Source: an uncultured Alphaproteobacteria bacterium (GTDB taxonomy: Bacteria > Pseudomonadota > Alphaproteobacteria > Rs-D84). From it: a stretch of DNA of 49,237 nt. Of this stretch, positions 19,019 to 28,760 are shown piece by piece. Under the pieces are notes generated by a model, which saw only the letters and a program-made list of their open reading frames with translations, was not told the origin of the DNA and ran no database searches. Position numbers and translations under genes: made by a program. The number at the start of each line of letters is the position of its first letter. Position 1 is the stretch's first letter. The stretch covers positions 1-49,237 of the forward strand of contig CALXQT010000021.1 in NCBI GenBank assembly GCA_944390835.1. The letters are read 5' to 3'.

Positions 19019-20104
19019 TTAATCCCCAAATACAGTATTTAACTGTGTATTTACACGATAAAAGGTTGTGCATTTTGACACGTCTTTTAATCGTCTGGCC
19101 CCAATATATGTCATATATGATCGTAGACCACCCAATATATCTTGATTCATTTTATCTATTGAACCCTTTAATGGTACTTCTACGACGCGACCCTCGCTGG
19201 CACGGTATTTGGGCATACCATGATAATGCTTGTTTTGTGCATATTCAGATGACATTCCATAAAATACCTTGAATCGTTTTACAGTTGTCATTGGTTTGCC
19301 TGTTTCTGGATCGATTTGTTCTGTCATGTATGTTTTTTCTATTATTTCACCAGCTGCTTCTTCGCATCCTGCATAGAAACCACCCATCATAACAAAGTCT
19401 GCACCAGCACCGAACGCTTTGCATATGTCCCCGATGTAAACAACACCTCCGTCACTGCATATCATTCCGCCGATACCATGGGCGGTATCTGCGCACTCAA
19501 AGATTGTAGATAATTGCGGTCGACCGACACCGGTTATTCGGCGAGTTATACAGGCGCTGCCACTGCCGATACCACATTTTACGATATCTGCACCAGATAA
19601 AATTAAATCTTCTACTAATTCTGCCGTAACAGCATTACCAACCATTAACAGGATATCTGGAAATTTTTCACGCATTTTTATTACTAAATCTTTCACACGA
19701 GGTATATATGCATTTGGTACATCTATACAAATGTTTCGGCATTTGTCGGGATATTCAGTTAATATCTTTTCTATTTTTGCATAATCTTCATCACGCAGCC
19801 CCATTGATAAAAATACGTAATCACGGCAATCATTTTCATTTATAAATTTTATTAAATCTTCAACTGGATAGTGTTTATGAAGACAGCAAAACATTTTATT
19901 CTGCATCATGTGTTTTGCGACTTCAAAGGTACCCACTGTTGCCATATTTGCAGATATTATTCCTGTGCCGACTATTTTACGAGGGCACCATTTAAATTTA
20001 TATTCACGGGTAATTTCTACTTCCGAGCGAGAGTTTATAAAAGAGCGCTTTGGTTTAACTAAAACATCTTTGAAATCTAATTCTGTTTGTTCGTATATTT
20101 TCAT
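19019..20104 (-). CDS. guaC: GMP reductase
   Basis: MKIYEQTELDFKDVLVKPKRS... parallels the E. coli GuaC N-terminus. It has an IMPDH/GMPR barrel without CBS domains and the active-site GIGSGSACITR. The ATG at 20104 has AAAGGA upstream; the ORF-track TTG at 20110 adds 2 aa. Confidence 0.9.
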   Translation of the reverse strand: MKIYEQTELDFKDVLVKPKRSFINSRSEVEITREYKFKWCPRKIVGTGIISANMATVGTFEVAKHMMQNKMFCCLHKHYPVEDLIKFINENDCRDYVFLSMGLRDEDYAKIEKILTEYPDKCRNICIDVPNAYIPRVKDLVIKMREKFPDILLMVGNAVTAELVEDLILSGADIVKCGIGSGSACITRRITGVGRPQLSTIFECADTAHGIGGMICSDGGVVYIGDICKAFGAGADFVMMGGFYAGCEEAAGEIIEKTYMTEQIDPETGKPMTTVKRFKVFYGMSSEYAQNKHYHGMPKYRASEGRVVEVPLKGSIDKMNQDILGGLRSYMTYIGARRLKDVSKCTTFYRVNTQLNTVFGD

Positions 20105-20165
20105 ACCCAATCCTTTTTACTGTCCTTGATCATATTATAACCATTGGGCGACTTTAGCAATAAAT

Positions 20166-20192
20166 AAAAAACCGGCTTTTGCCGGCTTTTTT
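20166..20192 (-). terminator. Rho-independent terminator after ihfA
   Basis: The minus strand reads ccggc-aaaa-gccgg followed by tttttt, beginning right at the ihfA stop. Confidence 0.65.
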
Positions 20193-20478
20193 ATTGTTTT
20201 GCGACACGTTTTCTGAACTCATTACTTGGGCGAAATGTCGCAACGCGACGTGCAGTTATCACCGCGGGTTCACCTGTTTTAGGGTTGCGACCCATGCGTT
20301 GCGGTTTCGCCAGAATTTTGAAACTGCCGAAGCCTGCAAATTTCACTTCTTCCCCATGAATTAGTGATTCGCTAATTTCTTCAAATACTATATCAACCAA
20401 TTTAAACGCGTCTGCAGTTGTCAAACCAAAACGTTCGCGTAACCTGTTTGCAAAATTGTTTCTTGTTATAGTTGCCAT
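20191..20478 (-). CDS. ihfA: Integration host factor subunit alpha (HU/IHF family)
   Basis: 95 aa with GFGSFKILAKPQRMGRNPKTGEPAVITARRVATFRPS, the IHF-alpha-like arm. It lies directly downstream of fabH, as in many alphaproteobacteria. Confidence 0.85.
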   Translation of the reverse strand: MATITRNNFANRLRERFGLTTADAFKLVDIVFEEISESLIHGEEVKFAGFGSFKILAKPQRMGRNPKTGEPAVITARRVATFRPSNEFRKRVAKQ

Positions 20479-20481
20479 ATT

Positions 20482-21420
20482 TTATACCCTAATTAATGCT
20501 GCACCCCATGTTAAGCCACTGCCAAACGCAGGATACAAGATAAGTTGACCTTTCTTAATTATATTATTATCAAAAGCGTGTGATAATGCAAGTACCCCAG
20601 ATGCCCCGCTGGTATTTGCGTGTTTATCAACAGTGACTAATATTTTTTCCAGAGGAAAACCCAGTCTTGCCGCACCGCTTTGAATTATTCTTAAGTTTGC
20701 CTGATGAGGAACAATCCAGTCCACGTTATCTGCGGTTATTCCCGCGTGGTCCATTATATATTTTGCCGCTTCGGGCATCAATTGAACCGCTTTTTTATAG
20801 GTTTCTGGTCCGTTCATCATAATATGATGATCTGGGGTACCATATAACATACCCATTTCTTTACCGTCAGACATTACGACTGTATCAATTATGCCAGAAT
20901 AACTGGATGTAGAGCGTTCAAATATTAACGCCCCGGCACCGTCACCAAATAGTACTGCTGTACTGCGATCGTTCCAGTCAATGAACCGAGTCATTTTTTC
21001 GGCACCAATAATCATAATGCGGTTGTGTATCCCAGCCGTGAAAAAAGCGCGTGCGCAATGTAATGCATAAATATATCCGGTACAAGCACCGCGAACGTCA
21101 AATGCAGGTGCATTATTGGTTGCACCTAAACGACCTAGAACTTGGACACCAACAGATGGAAAATCTAATTCTGGTGTCGTTGTTGCAACTATAACTAAGT
21201 CGATGTCATTTATAGATAACTTTGCATTATCTAATGCACGTTGCGCAGCAATTGCGGCCATGTCAACGACTGTTTCATCGTCACGAGCAAAGTGTCTTTC
21301 TTTCATACCTGTGCGTTGTACAATCCATTCATCAGATGTATCAACCATCTTTTCTAAATCGTGATTATTTACAATTCGTTCTGGTAAATAAGCGCCGTAT
21401 CCGATTAATTTACTTCCCAT
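20482..21420 (-). CDS. fabH: 3-oxoacyl-ACP synthase III
   Basis: 312 aa with the active-site region ACTGYIYAL, then HQANLRI and GFGSGLTWGA near the C-terminus, the FabH Cys-His-Asn architecture. Confidence 0.93.
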   Translation of the reverse strand: MGSKLIGYGAYLPERIVNNHDLEKMVDTSDEWIVQRTGMKERHFARDDETVVDMAAIAAQRALDNAKLSINDIDLVIVATTTPELDFPSVGVQVLGRLGATNNAPAFDVRGACTGYIYALHCARAFFTAGIHNRIMIIGAEKMTRFIDWNDRSTAVLFGDGAGALIFERSTSSYSGIIDTVVMSDGKEMGMLYGTPDHHIMMNGPETYKKAVQLMPEAAKYIMDHAGITADNVDWIVPHQANLRIIQSGAARLGFPLEKILVTVDKHANTSGASGVLALSHAFDNNIIKKGQLILYPAFGSGLTWGAALIRV

Positions 21421-21507
21421 AAAACTCTTCCTTTTAAATTCGGATTATTATACAAATCGCGATTACAACTTGCAATATTAAATTCTGTGAATAAAATATA
21501 GTGCATT

Positions 21508-21583
21508 GTCCCCATAGTTCAACTGGATAGAATAGAGGTTTCCTAAACCTTTGATACAGGTTCGATTCCTGTTGGGGATACCA
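21508..21583 (+). tRNA. tRNA-Arg (anticodon CCU), CCA encoded
   Basis: Hand-folded cloverleaf. Acceptor GTCCCCA/TGGGGAT, D arm GTTC/GAAT, anticodon stem GAGGT/ACCTT with loop TTCCTAA, T arm ACAGG-TTCGATT-CCTGT, discriminator A plus CCA. Length 76 nt. Confidence 0.9.
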
Positions 21584-21599
21584 TTAGAGGAAATGTATT

Positions 21600-21929
21600 A
21601 TGAAAAATAAAGCTGTTAAAATTGGAATAATAGCCAGTATTCTTCCGCATTTGTTTTGTTGTGTCTTGCCGATTGTTTTATCAGTTATTAGTTTGTTTGC
21701 ACCGGAGATTGCTCATGCAGAATTTATTCCGCATTGGTTTGAGCCGTGGTTATTTGTTTTTTCTGGTTTGATGTTATGTTTGTCGTGGTTTTTAGTTTTT
21801 AAAGAATGTCATTGCGAATGTGATCATTGTCACGGTGAACATAATCATAAAACGCAAAAAATTATTTTGGCGATCATAACAATCATATTTATTATAAGCA
21901 TAGTTTTGCATTTACTAGCACATTATTAA
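21600..21929 (+). CDS. Small Cys/His-rich integral membrane protein (putative metal-binding; MerC-like topology is only a guess)
   Basis: 109 aa with three hydrophobic segments. A CC pair sits in TM1 (HLFCCVLP) and a loop carries the cluster CHCECDHCHGEHNH. AGAGGA lies 8 nt upstream. Confidence 0.65.
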   Translation: MKNKAVKIGIIASILPHLFCCVLPIVLSVISLFAPEIAHAEFIPHWFEPWLFVFSGLMLCLSWFLVFKECHCECDHCHGEHNHKTQKIILAIITIIFIISIVLHLLAHY

Positions 21930-21934
21930 AAGTA

Positions 21935-21965
21935 TAAAAAAACCGGCAAATGCCGGTTCTTTTTA
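21935..21965. terminator. Bidirectional terminator (21600 gene / pepO-like gene)
   Basis: aaaaaaaccggca-aa-tgccggttcttttt, between convergent genes. Confidence 0.7.
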
Positions 21966-23957
21966 CCAAATTTTTACGCGCTTTTCTGGTGCAATATATA
22001 ATTTATCTTTTTCAGATATAGCGAATGCATCATACCATGCATTGATATGAGGTAATATTCCGTTCACGCGCCATTCCCCCAACGAGTGTTCATCCATCTT
22101 TGTCAGACGTAAAGCTTCTTCGTCGCGAATATTTTGGGCCCATACACCAGCATAAGCAATAAAGAATCTTTGGTCTGCGGTCAGTTCATTTACAGTTTCA
22201 CTTGGAGAGGCAAAGTTCTTATATGCGGTATAAGAAACTGTAATGCCGCCGTAGTCCGCTAAATTTTCACCAAGGGTGAATTCACCGTTGGCATGTACTT
22301 CTGGGGTTATTTCAATTTTATTAAAGAAATCTTTCATAACATCGGCGCGTTTTGTAAAACCATTCGCATCTTCTTCTGTCCACCAGTCGCGCAGGTTACC
22401 ATCTTTATCAAATTGACGACCTGTATCATCAAAACCGTGTGTCATTTCGTGACCGATTACGCTGCCGATGGCGCCATAATTAAACGCATCGTCTGCCTCC
22501 ATGTCGAAGAAAGGATATTGTAATATGCCTGCAGGGAAACAAACCTCATTTGTTGAGGGGTCGTAATATGCGTTTACTTCATGCGCGTTCATATACCAAA
22601 TAGTTGGGTCTTGTTTTTGACCGATTTTTTCAAGCCAGAACGCATCTTCAAACTTTGCAACTTTAACAACGTTTTCCCATAATGAATCATCCGCGCTTAT
22701 ATCTAAGTTAGAATAATCACGCCATTTATCTGGGTACCCGATTTTGGCTTTGAATGTATTTAATTTTGCCAACGCCTGCCTTTTTGTTTCATCTGACATC
22801 CAGGTTAGATTTTCTATTCTTATACCCAATGCGCGTTGTAAGTTCTTTACTAGTTGTTGCATACGTTCTTTGGACTCGGCTGAAAAATATTTGTCTACAT
22901 ATAAGCGACCTATTTCTTCACCTAAAGAGGAGTCTAATAAAGCAACTGCACGTTTCCAACGTGGTTTTTGCTCTTTTTGTCCTGCCATGGTTCTATTATA
23001 GAAATCAAAAGATATTTCATATGTGTCATCGTCCAGAACTGTATCTGCAGAACTTATTATACGATATTTCAGATAATCTTTGATTAAACCTAAATCTGTA
23101 TCATTTATAATTGCTATTGATTCTGCAATTGCTTCTGGTTGATTTATATTTATCTCTTTGGCGGCAGCGGCACCACGGGATTTTAGATATGTATCCCAAT
23201 CAAAACCAGAGAACTTATCTTTTATTTCAGCAACTGTCATTTTGTGATAGTTGGCATTCGGATCACGTAATTTTTCTTTCGGATAAAAAGACTTTGCCAT
23301 ACGTTCTTCTAGTGCATACAATTTATCTGCATCAACAGAAAGCCCAAAATTTTTTGTTTGTTTCGTTATAAATTCAAGATATTTTTTACGAATTTCAATA
23401 GATTTTTCATCTTCGTCAAAATAATAATCTCTTGATAAACCAAGGCCTCCTTGCCCGATGTTGTATAGATAATATTCACTGTTTTTTTCGTCTAGTGCTA
23501 CGCCATCAGACCAGAAGGCTGATGAAAAGTGATGCATTTTACCAAGGTAATCAGGTAATTCAGATTTTGATTTTATCGCGTCTATTTCGTCTAAATATGG
23601 TTTAACTGGTTCTGTTTTACTTAAATTTAGTTTTTCTTCATTCATCGCAACTGAATATAATGTGCCGATTTTACCAGTATCTGTTTCTGCAATCTCACGA
23701 ACGCGTTGCAGGTTTGTATCTCGCAGGATTTCAAATGCACCATAGCGAGTATAATCATCAGGAATTGGATGTTTTTTTCGCCAACCTAATGTTGCATAAT
23801 CAAAAAAATTATCCCCAGGACGAATAGAAATGTCCATGTTTTCTGTCTTAATTCCTGTTGTCATAATTCGCTCCTTTGAACTTGTAATAAAATAAGCCGT
23901 TATAAGTGCGATTGCAACTGCAATAATTCCTATAACATTTAAAATTTTATGTTGCAT
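21963..23957 (-). CDS. pepO: M13-family zinc metalloendopeptidase (neprilysin/PepO-like), N-terminally membrane-anchored
   Basis: HEMTHGFD (HExxH), GENLADYGG (ENxADxGG) and NAYY motifs. An N-terminal TM helix is present. Length 664 aa. Confidence 0.9.
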   Translation of the reverse strand: MQHKILNVIGIIAVAIALITAYFITSSKERIMTTGIKTENMDISIRPGDNFFDYATLGWRKKHPIPDDYTRYGAFEILRDTNLQRVREIAETDTGKIGTLYSVAMNEEKLNLSKTEPVKPYLDEIDAIKSKSELPDYLGKMHHFSSAFWSDGVALDEKNSEYYLYNIGQGGLGLSRDYYFDEDEKSIEIRKKYLEFITKQTKNFGLSVDADKLYALEERMAKSFYPKEKLRDPNANYHKMTVAEIKDKFSGFDWDTYLKSRGAAAAKEININQPEAIAESIAIINDTDLGLIKDYLKYRIISSADTVLDDDTYEISFDFYNRTMAGQKEQKPRWKRAVALLDSSLGEEIGRLYVDKYFSAESKERMQQLVKNLQRALGIRIENLTWMSDETKRQALAKLNTFKAKIGYPDKWRDYSNLDISADDSLWENVVKVAKFEDAFWLEKIGQKQDPTIWYMNAHEVNAYYDPSTNEVCFPAGILQYPFFDMEADDAFNYGAIGSVIGHEMTHGFDDTGRQFDKDGNLRDWWTEEDANGFTKRADVMKDFFNKIEITPEVHANGEFTLGENLADYGGITVSYTAYKNFASPSETVNELTADQRFFIAYAGVWAQNIRDEEALRLTKMDEHSLGEWRVNGILPHINAWYDAFAISEKDKLYIAPEKRVKIW

Positions 23958-23962
23958 TCTAA

Positions 23963-25021
23963 CTACCTCACTAATTTTAATATCAACTCATCTAAAAACA
24001 GCATACCTTGTTTTGTGGTAATAAGTCTATTGTCTGATGTTTTTTGCAACAGGTCAGGATTGTCTTGAACGTATTGCATATTTATTATTTTTTCTGTGTC
24101 ACTGTCAAGGAAAACTCCGCGAACTTGTCGAAGACCTGTTATTATTCGCTCTTCAGCGCGTGCTGTAGAAGATAGTTTTTCAAACCTTTCACCTCCACCA
24201 ATTTGTTCGTACCATTGATTGTCAATTAGAATACGACCCGCCGCACCTTGACCAATCCCAATATAAGGTTGGCCGTCCCATACGTTTAAATTATGAAGAC
24301 ATTCTTGGCCGGGAACGGCATAATTTGAAACTTCATATCTAGGTAATTTTAAATTCTTATCAATTGCGTCATACATGTCTGCCATTTCTTCATTTGACGG
24401 CATATTTAAATTCATTTTGCCAAACAGCGTATTGGGCTCAATAGTCAGTTCATACATAGAACAATGTGTTAGTCCCAGGGAATTTATGTCGGCACATATT
24501 TTTTTTATGTCTTTAACCGTTTCTTCTGGTAACCCATATATAAAATCTGCAGAAACCTTAATATTTTTATGTGATGCGAGTTTTAAAATTTTCAGTGCAG
24601 ATTTTGCGTCATGTCGTCGTCCTAAGAAACGTAACTTTTCATCATCTAGTGATTGGACGCCTATGGAAAGTCTGTTAACCCCGGCAATTATAAAGTCATT
24701 AAGTTTTTGTTCATCAATTGTTCCGGGGTTAGCTTCTAAAGTGATTTCAAAATCTTTATTAAGGTTAAAAGCAGAATTTATTTTTGAAACTATATTGTCA
24801 AATACCTTGGTTGGCATCAGGGATGGGGTTCCACCACCAAAAAATATTGTTGGAATGGAAATCCGTCCAAGTTTCTTTTCCCAGTAATTGATTTCTTGAA
24901 TTATACGCTGCTCATATTCTGTCCAGTCAGGTTCTTTGCATGCACGTGAAAAAAACGCGCAATAATTACACTTTGACACGCAAAATGGAACATGTATATA
25001 AATGTTATGAGGTGAATTCAT
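23963..25021 (-). CDS. hemW: Radical SAM HemN-like protein (HemW-type heme chaperone / oxygen-independent coproporphyrinogen oxidase-like)
   Basis: N-terminal YIHVPFCVSKCNYCAF (CxxxCxxC) followed by GGGTPS. Size is 352 aa. It lies 5 nt upstream of the pepO-like gene on the same strand. Confidence 0.85.
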   Translation of the reverse strand: MNSPHNIYIHVPFCVSKCNYCAFFSRACKEPDWTEYEQRIIQEINYWEKKLGRISIPTIFFGGGTPSLMPTKVFDNIVSKINSAFNLNKDFEITLEANPGTIDEQKLNDFIIAGVNRLSIGVQSLDDEKLRFLGRRHDAKSALKILKLASHKNIKVSADFIYGLPEETVKDIKKICADINSLGLTHCSMYELTIEPNTLFGKMNLNMPSNEEMADMYDAIDKNLKLPRYEVSNYAVPGQECLHNLNVWDGQPYIGIGQGAAGRILIDNQWYEQIGGGERFEKLSSTARAEERIITGLRQVRGVFLDSDTEKIINMQYVQDNPDLLQKTSDNRLITTKQGMLFLDELILKLVR

Positions 25022-25104
25022 ACCTGCATTTTATACGAAAGTCTTTAGAAATCCAGTATTTGATTATTTGGATAAAAAATTGCTTTTCATATAAACGAAT
25101 TTTG

Positions 25105-25113
25105 TGTTACAAT
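25105..25113 (+). promoter_or_regulatory. Extended -10 promoter element (TGTTACAAT) upstream of OMP gene
   Basis: tgttacaat lies 18 nt upstream of ATG 25131 in a divergent intergenic region. No good -35 was found, and the resulting leader would be very short. Confidence 0.25.
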
Positions 25114-25130
25114 ATACTAATAATGTAGGT

Positions 25131-26606
25131 ATGAATATAGGAAGGTTATCGCTTTTATACGGTTTGTTAGTCCCTTTTACGGCGCTTGCGTCAAGTGAAG
25201 GGGTGCCTTCGTATTACCAAACAAACACTTCAATGAACGCCAATCAGGCTGCATATGGGCAGTATGCTAGCCAAGGTTACACGAAATATGTCGGACAAAC
25301 TGGTAATAAGCAGATTGTTGGCAGTCAGTCTTATTCATATCAAGTGCCTCGGCCCACGGTAAATACTAATGCAGGTGCCATGACAGTAAATGGTATTGCC
25401 ACCCCAAGCGAGGATAAAACCAGTTTATATGTAACATATGCCCGCCGTTTCGCAGATTTTGAATTCAGAACAGGCGTAAATTCTGTTCTTGAATGGGATG
25501 ATATGGTATTCAATGAAATTGGTGTTGGGGTTCAGCATAATTTTAGTGTTCGTAATTTTGACATGTTTGCTTATGGGGAATACAGCATGGGATTCATGTC
25601 GCACGGTGGTATGTCCATGGACTATGACTTGGAACCATACGATGCGTCAAATCAATATGCCGGTATTTTCACAATATCAGTTGGTGATCAAACAGGTCGA
25701 ACGAACCATTTAAAGTTGGGAATAGGTGCGCGTCACGTATGGGATATCGGTGGTTGGAAATTATCTCCGTCTTTTGGTTATGAAATATTTAACCATAATT
25801 TGGAAATGTCTGACCATTACTATCCAAATCCTGGTATATTTTTGCCTTTGATGACAAGTAATGGTGACTATGTATACGGTGATATTGAAGGAAATTATTA
25901 TTCTGTGCCGATTAATATGGAGGCACCAGAAGAATGGTATCAGGTTTGTATGTCGCCCGAAGATATTAAATTGGTACAAACAACGAATTCTGGTGGAATT
26001 TTTGGGTTAGGTACTTCTTTGGTAACTGGTGACTATAATCCGGACATGGGGTATGTCCCATGGGGGGTAGATTCTGGCGAGTGCGTAATAATCGGTGGTG
26101 ATGGACCAGTAATTGTTGAAGGTACAACACATATTTATAATACTACTTGGTCTGGCTTTTATGTTGGGCTAGAAATAGAAAAGCAGATGACTTTAGCGGA
26201 CAAGTTACGTTTCTATTTCCAAGTTGGGTTGCCTAAATATTCATCTGAAGGCACATGGCCAAATCGTACGGATTGGCAACAAAATCCTAGTTTCATTGAT
26301 GAGGGTAGTAACGGGGCGTATTCTTATGCTGCAGAGATGGAATATAATTATAGAATTTCTGATCGTATGCAATTGGCGATAAAAGTTGATACTGATTTGT
26401 TCTATGTAGGGAACATTGGTGGGGAAATCTATTGGGCAGAACAAACAGGTTGGGCGACAGACGAAAACGGTTATTATATTTTGGATGAAAACGGTTTGCC
26501 TATTTTGGAAACAATACCGGCATATACTGAGTATATCAGTGATCAATTGGAGCATGCAACATGGCAGTCCTTTGGGTTGCACGTTGGGCTTAAATACTCA
26601 TTTTAA
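25131..26606 (+). CDS. Outer-membrane beta-barrel protein (family not recognised)
   Basis: Signal peptide MNIGRLSLLYGLLVPFTALA. Alternating aromatic/Gly-rich beta-strand-like sequence is present. The C-terminal ...GLHVGLKYSF has the terminal Phe typical of OMP beta-signals. The start is taken at the internal ATG 25131. Confidence 0.7.
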   Translation: MNIGRLSLLYGLLVPFTALASSEGVPSYYQTNTSMNANQAAYGQYASQGYTKYVGQTGNKQIVGSQSYSYQVPRPTVNTNAGAMTVNGIATPSEDKTSLYVTYARRFADFEFRTGVNSVLEWDDMVFNEIGVGVQHNFSVRNFDMFAYGEYSMGFMSHGGMSMDYDLEPYDASNQYAGIFTISVGDQTGRTNHLKLGIGARHVWDIGGWKLSPSFGYEIFNHNLEMSDHYYPNPGIFLPLMTSNGDYVYGDIEGNYYSVPINMEAPEEWYQVCMSPEDIKLVQTTNSGGIFGLGTSLVTGDYNPDMGYVPWGVDSGECVIIGGDGPVIVEGTTHIYNTTWSGFYVGLEIEKQMTLADKLRFYFQVGLPKYSSEGTWPNRTDWQQNPSFIDEGSNGAYSYAAEMEYNYRISDRMQLAIKVDTDLFYVGNIGGEIYWAEQTGWATDENGYYILDENGLPILETIPAYTEYISDQLEHATWQSFGLHVGLKYSF

Positions 26607-26618
26607 GGGGTGCGTATT

Positions 26619-27731
26619 ATGACGAGACGTTTTTTTAGCGCACGCCTGATGGGCGTAGTGGTGGCTTTAATATTACCGGTTTGTGCATATGCAGAATCCG
26701 GTGTATTTGATGTTGACCGCTGGTATCAAGTTTTAAACGATATTCGTTCTCGTGCTGTTTCACAGAATATATCTAAAGACACAATTGATGCGACGTTAAA
26801 ATATCCCGCTTTTATTCCGTCAATTGTTAAAAGTGACCGAAACCAATCAGAATTTAAATTGACTTTAGATGATTATTTGGCTCGTATGGTAAATTCTAGG
26901 CGAATTGAAGAGGGGCGCAAGATGCGTTCGACGTATCCAACCTTATTATCTCGCGTAGAAAATAAATATGGTGTGCAACCGCATGTGATTTTAGCCTTTT
27001 GGGGATTAGAGTCTAATTATGGTCAGAATAGGGCGGTACATAAATTAACGGACGCTTTTTTGACTCTTATATATGAGGGTCGCCGAGAGACCTTTTTTTC
27101 TAATCAACTATTGGCTTTAATGAAAATTGCTGATGATAATGGATTAGATATAAATGATATTAGGGGCAGTTGGGCCGGTGCAATGGGACACTTTCAATTT
27201 ATTCCAACGACATTGCAGCAATATGGTGCCGACGGTAATGGTGACGGTCGTATAGATATAATACATAGCGTTGGTGATGCTATGTTCAGTGCAGGAAACT
27301 ATTTACATAAAATGGGATGGAATCCTAATGAAAAAATTGTTCGTCGTGTTGTTTTGCCTGGGAACTTTGATATATCCTTGTTAGATGGCGGAACAAGAAA
27401 GCCGTTAATAGAATGGGCTTATATGGGGGTAATGAATCCGGATGGAACGCCTATACCAGTTGCTGATATGACAGCTGGTTTGGTTGCTGATGTTAACTTA
27501 ATTCAACAGCAACGCGCAGATGCAATTGCAGCAGCAGCTGCGGCTGCGGCAGCAAACACAGCAAATGGCGTAACTGTTATGGATCCGAATGCTGTTGATA
27601 CCGATGTCGCGCCACAGCCCGTTATATATGCATATTTAACATATCCTAATTTTTATCGCATAAAAAAGTGGAATAATTCTAATTGGTATGCAATTGCAAT
27701 TGCTACATTGGCAGATGAATTAAAGCAATAA
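26619..27731 (+). CDS. mltB: Lytic murein transglycosylase (MltB/SLT_2 family)
   Basis: Motifs FWGLESNYG and GAMGHFQFIPTT, plus the C-terminal NFYRIKKWNNSNWYAIAIATLADEL. A signal peptide is present. AAGGGG lies 8 nt before ATG 26619. There is an internal poly-Ala linker. Confidence 0.85.
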   Translation: MTRRFFSARLMGVVVALILPVCAYAESGVFDVDRWYQVLNDIRSRAVSQNISKDTIDATLKYPAFIPSIVKSDRNQSEFKLTLDDYLARMVNSRRIEEGRKMRSTYPTLLSRVENKYGVQPHVILAFWGLESNYGQNRAVHKLTDAFLTLIYEGRRETFFSNQLLALMKIADDNGLDINDIRGSWAGAMGHFQFIPTTLQQYGADGNGDGRIDIIHSVGDAMFSAGNYLHKMGWNPNEKIVRRVVLPGNFDISLLDGGTRKPLIEWAYMGVMNPDGTPIPVADMTAGLVADVNLIQQQRADAIAAAAAAAAANTANGVTVMDPNAVDTDVAPQPVIYAYLTYPNFYRIKKWNNSNWYAIAIATLADELKQ

Positions 27732-27800
27732 AAATAATTGAAAACAATAGTCTACTTTGATATTCTTCTCATATATTAGGTTATATAAAGGATATATTTT

Positions 27801-28760
27801 ATGGCTATTAAGGTTCGTGATTACGAAGTTCGTTTGACCCGTAATAAAGAAGAACGCCGTCAAGTACGTCAGTTACGTTACGATGTTTTTGTCGAGGAAG
27901 AAGGGGCCGGTGCAACCGAAGAACAAAAAGCATTACGTGAAGAATACGATGCTTTTGATAGATATGCTGAATATCTGGCAGTATTTCATAATGGTAAAAT
28001 TGTTGGTACCTATCGTATAATTGATAGAAATGCCGCCGAGAAAATGGGGAGTTTTTATACAGAATCTGAATTTAATATATCAAAAATTAAGAAGTATAAC
28101 GGCAATATCGCAGAAATGTCACGTGCATGCGTTGATAAGGCGTATAGAGATAATGCGCTGGTTATGCGAATGCTGTGGGCCGGTCTGGGTGAATATGTAG
28201 TAAGGCGTAAAATTGCTCTTTTATTTGGTGTTGCGTCATGGGTTGGTACAAAATCTGTTGAATCGGCGCAGGCTATATCCTATTTATATTATAATCACTT
28301 ATCACCTTTAAAGTTACGTGCAACGGTTTTGTCTGAAAATTTTGCAGAAGGTGTAAATCCAAATTTATCGCGTATGAATATTCTTCCGCGCGAATTTGTT
28401 GATGAAAATGATGCCCGTCATCAGATGACACCTTTAATAAAGGGGTATTTACGTCTTGGTGCAACTTTCGGGAAGGGTGTTTTTATTGATAAGAAGTTTA
28501 ATTCGTATGATGTCTTTGTAATGATTCAAACTAAGAATATTGATGCCGCTTATCAAAAACACTTTTTGGGACGTGAAAACGCTTTGGAAGATTTAGAAGA
28601 AAAAGACGGTGCTTTAAAAACAATGGGAAAAATAATGCTATTGCCTGTAACTGGTTCTTTTAAGATGTTTCGTGCGCTATTTGAGTTCTTGTTACGTGAA
28701 GATGCTGCTGACGCAGAATATATAGATGATTCTAAAGAAAATGAAGAGGAACAAGAATAA
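27801..28760 (+). CDS. olsB: GNAT-type lyso-ornithine-lipid synthase-like N-acyltransferase (OlsB-like)
   Basis: The N-terminus ...RLTRNKEERRQVRQLRYDVFVEEEGA...YDAFD resembles OlsB/hemolysin-like acyltransferases. It overlaps the start of a PlsC-family gene (TAATG), as in olsBA operons. Confidence 0.7.
   Translation: MAIKVRDYEVRLTRNKEERRQVRQLRYDVFVEEEGAGATEEQKALREEYDAFDRYAEYLAVFHNGKIVGTYRIIDRNAAEKMGSFYTESEFNISKIKKYNGNIAEMSRACVDKAYRDNALVMRMLWAGLGEYVVRRKIALLFGVASWVGTKSVESAQAISYLYYNHLSPLKLRATVLSENFAEGVNPNLSRMNILPREFVDENDARHQMTPLIKGYLRLGATFGKGVFIDKKFNSYDVFVMIQTKNIDAAYQKHFLGRENALEDLEEKDGALKTMGKIMLLPVTGSFKMFRALFEFLLREDAADAEYIDDSKENEEEQE

Noticed and set aside
18895-19272. 125-aa plus-strand ORF after the PLD gene
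   Set aside because: It overlaps the 3' end of guaC on the opposite strand and crosses the guaC terminator. No RBS or recognisable motif is present.
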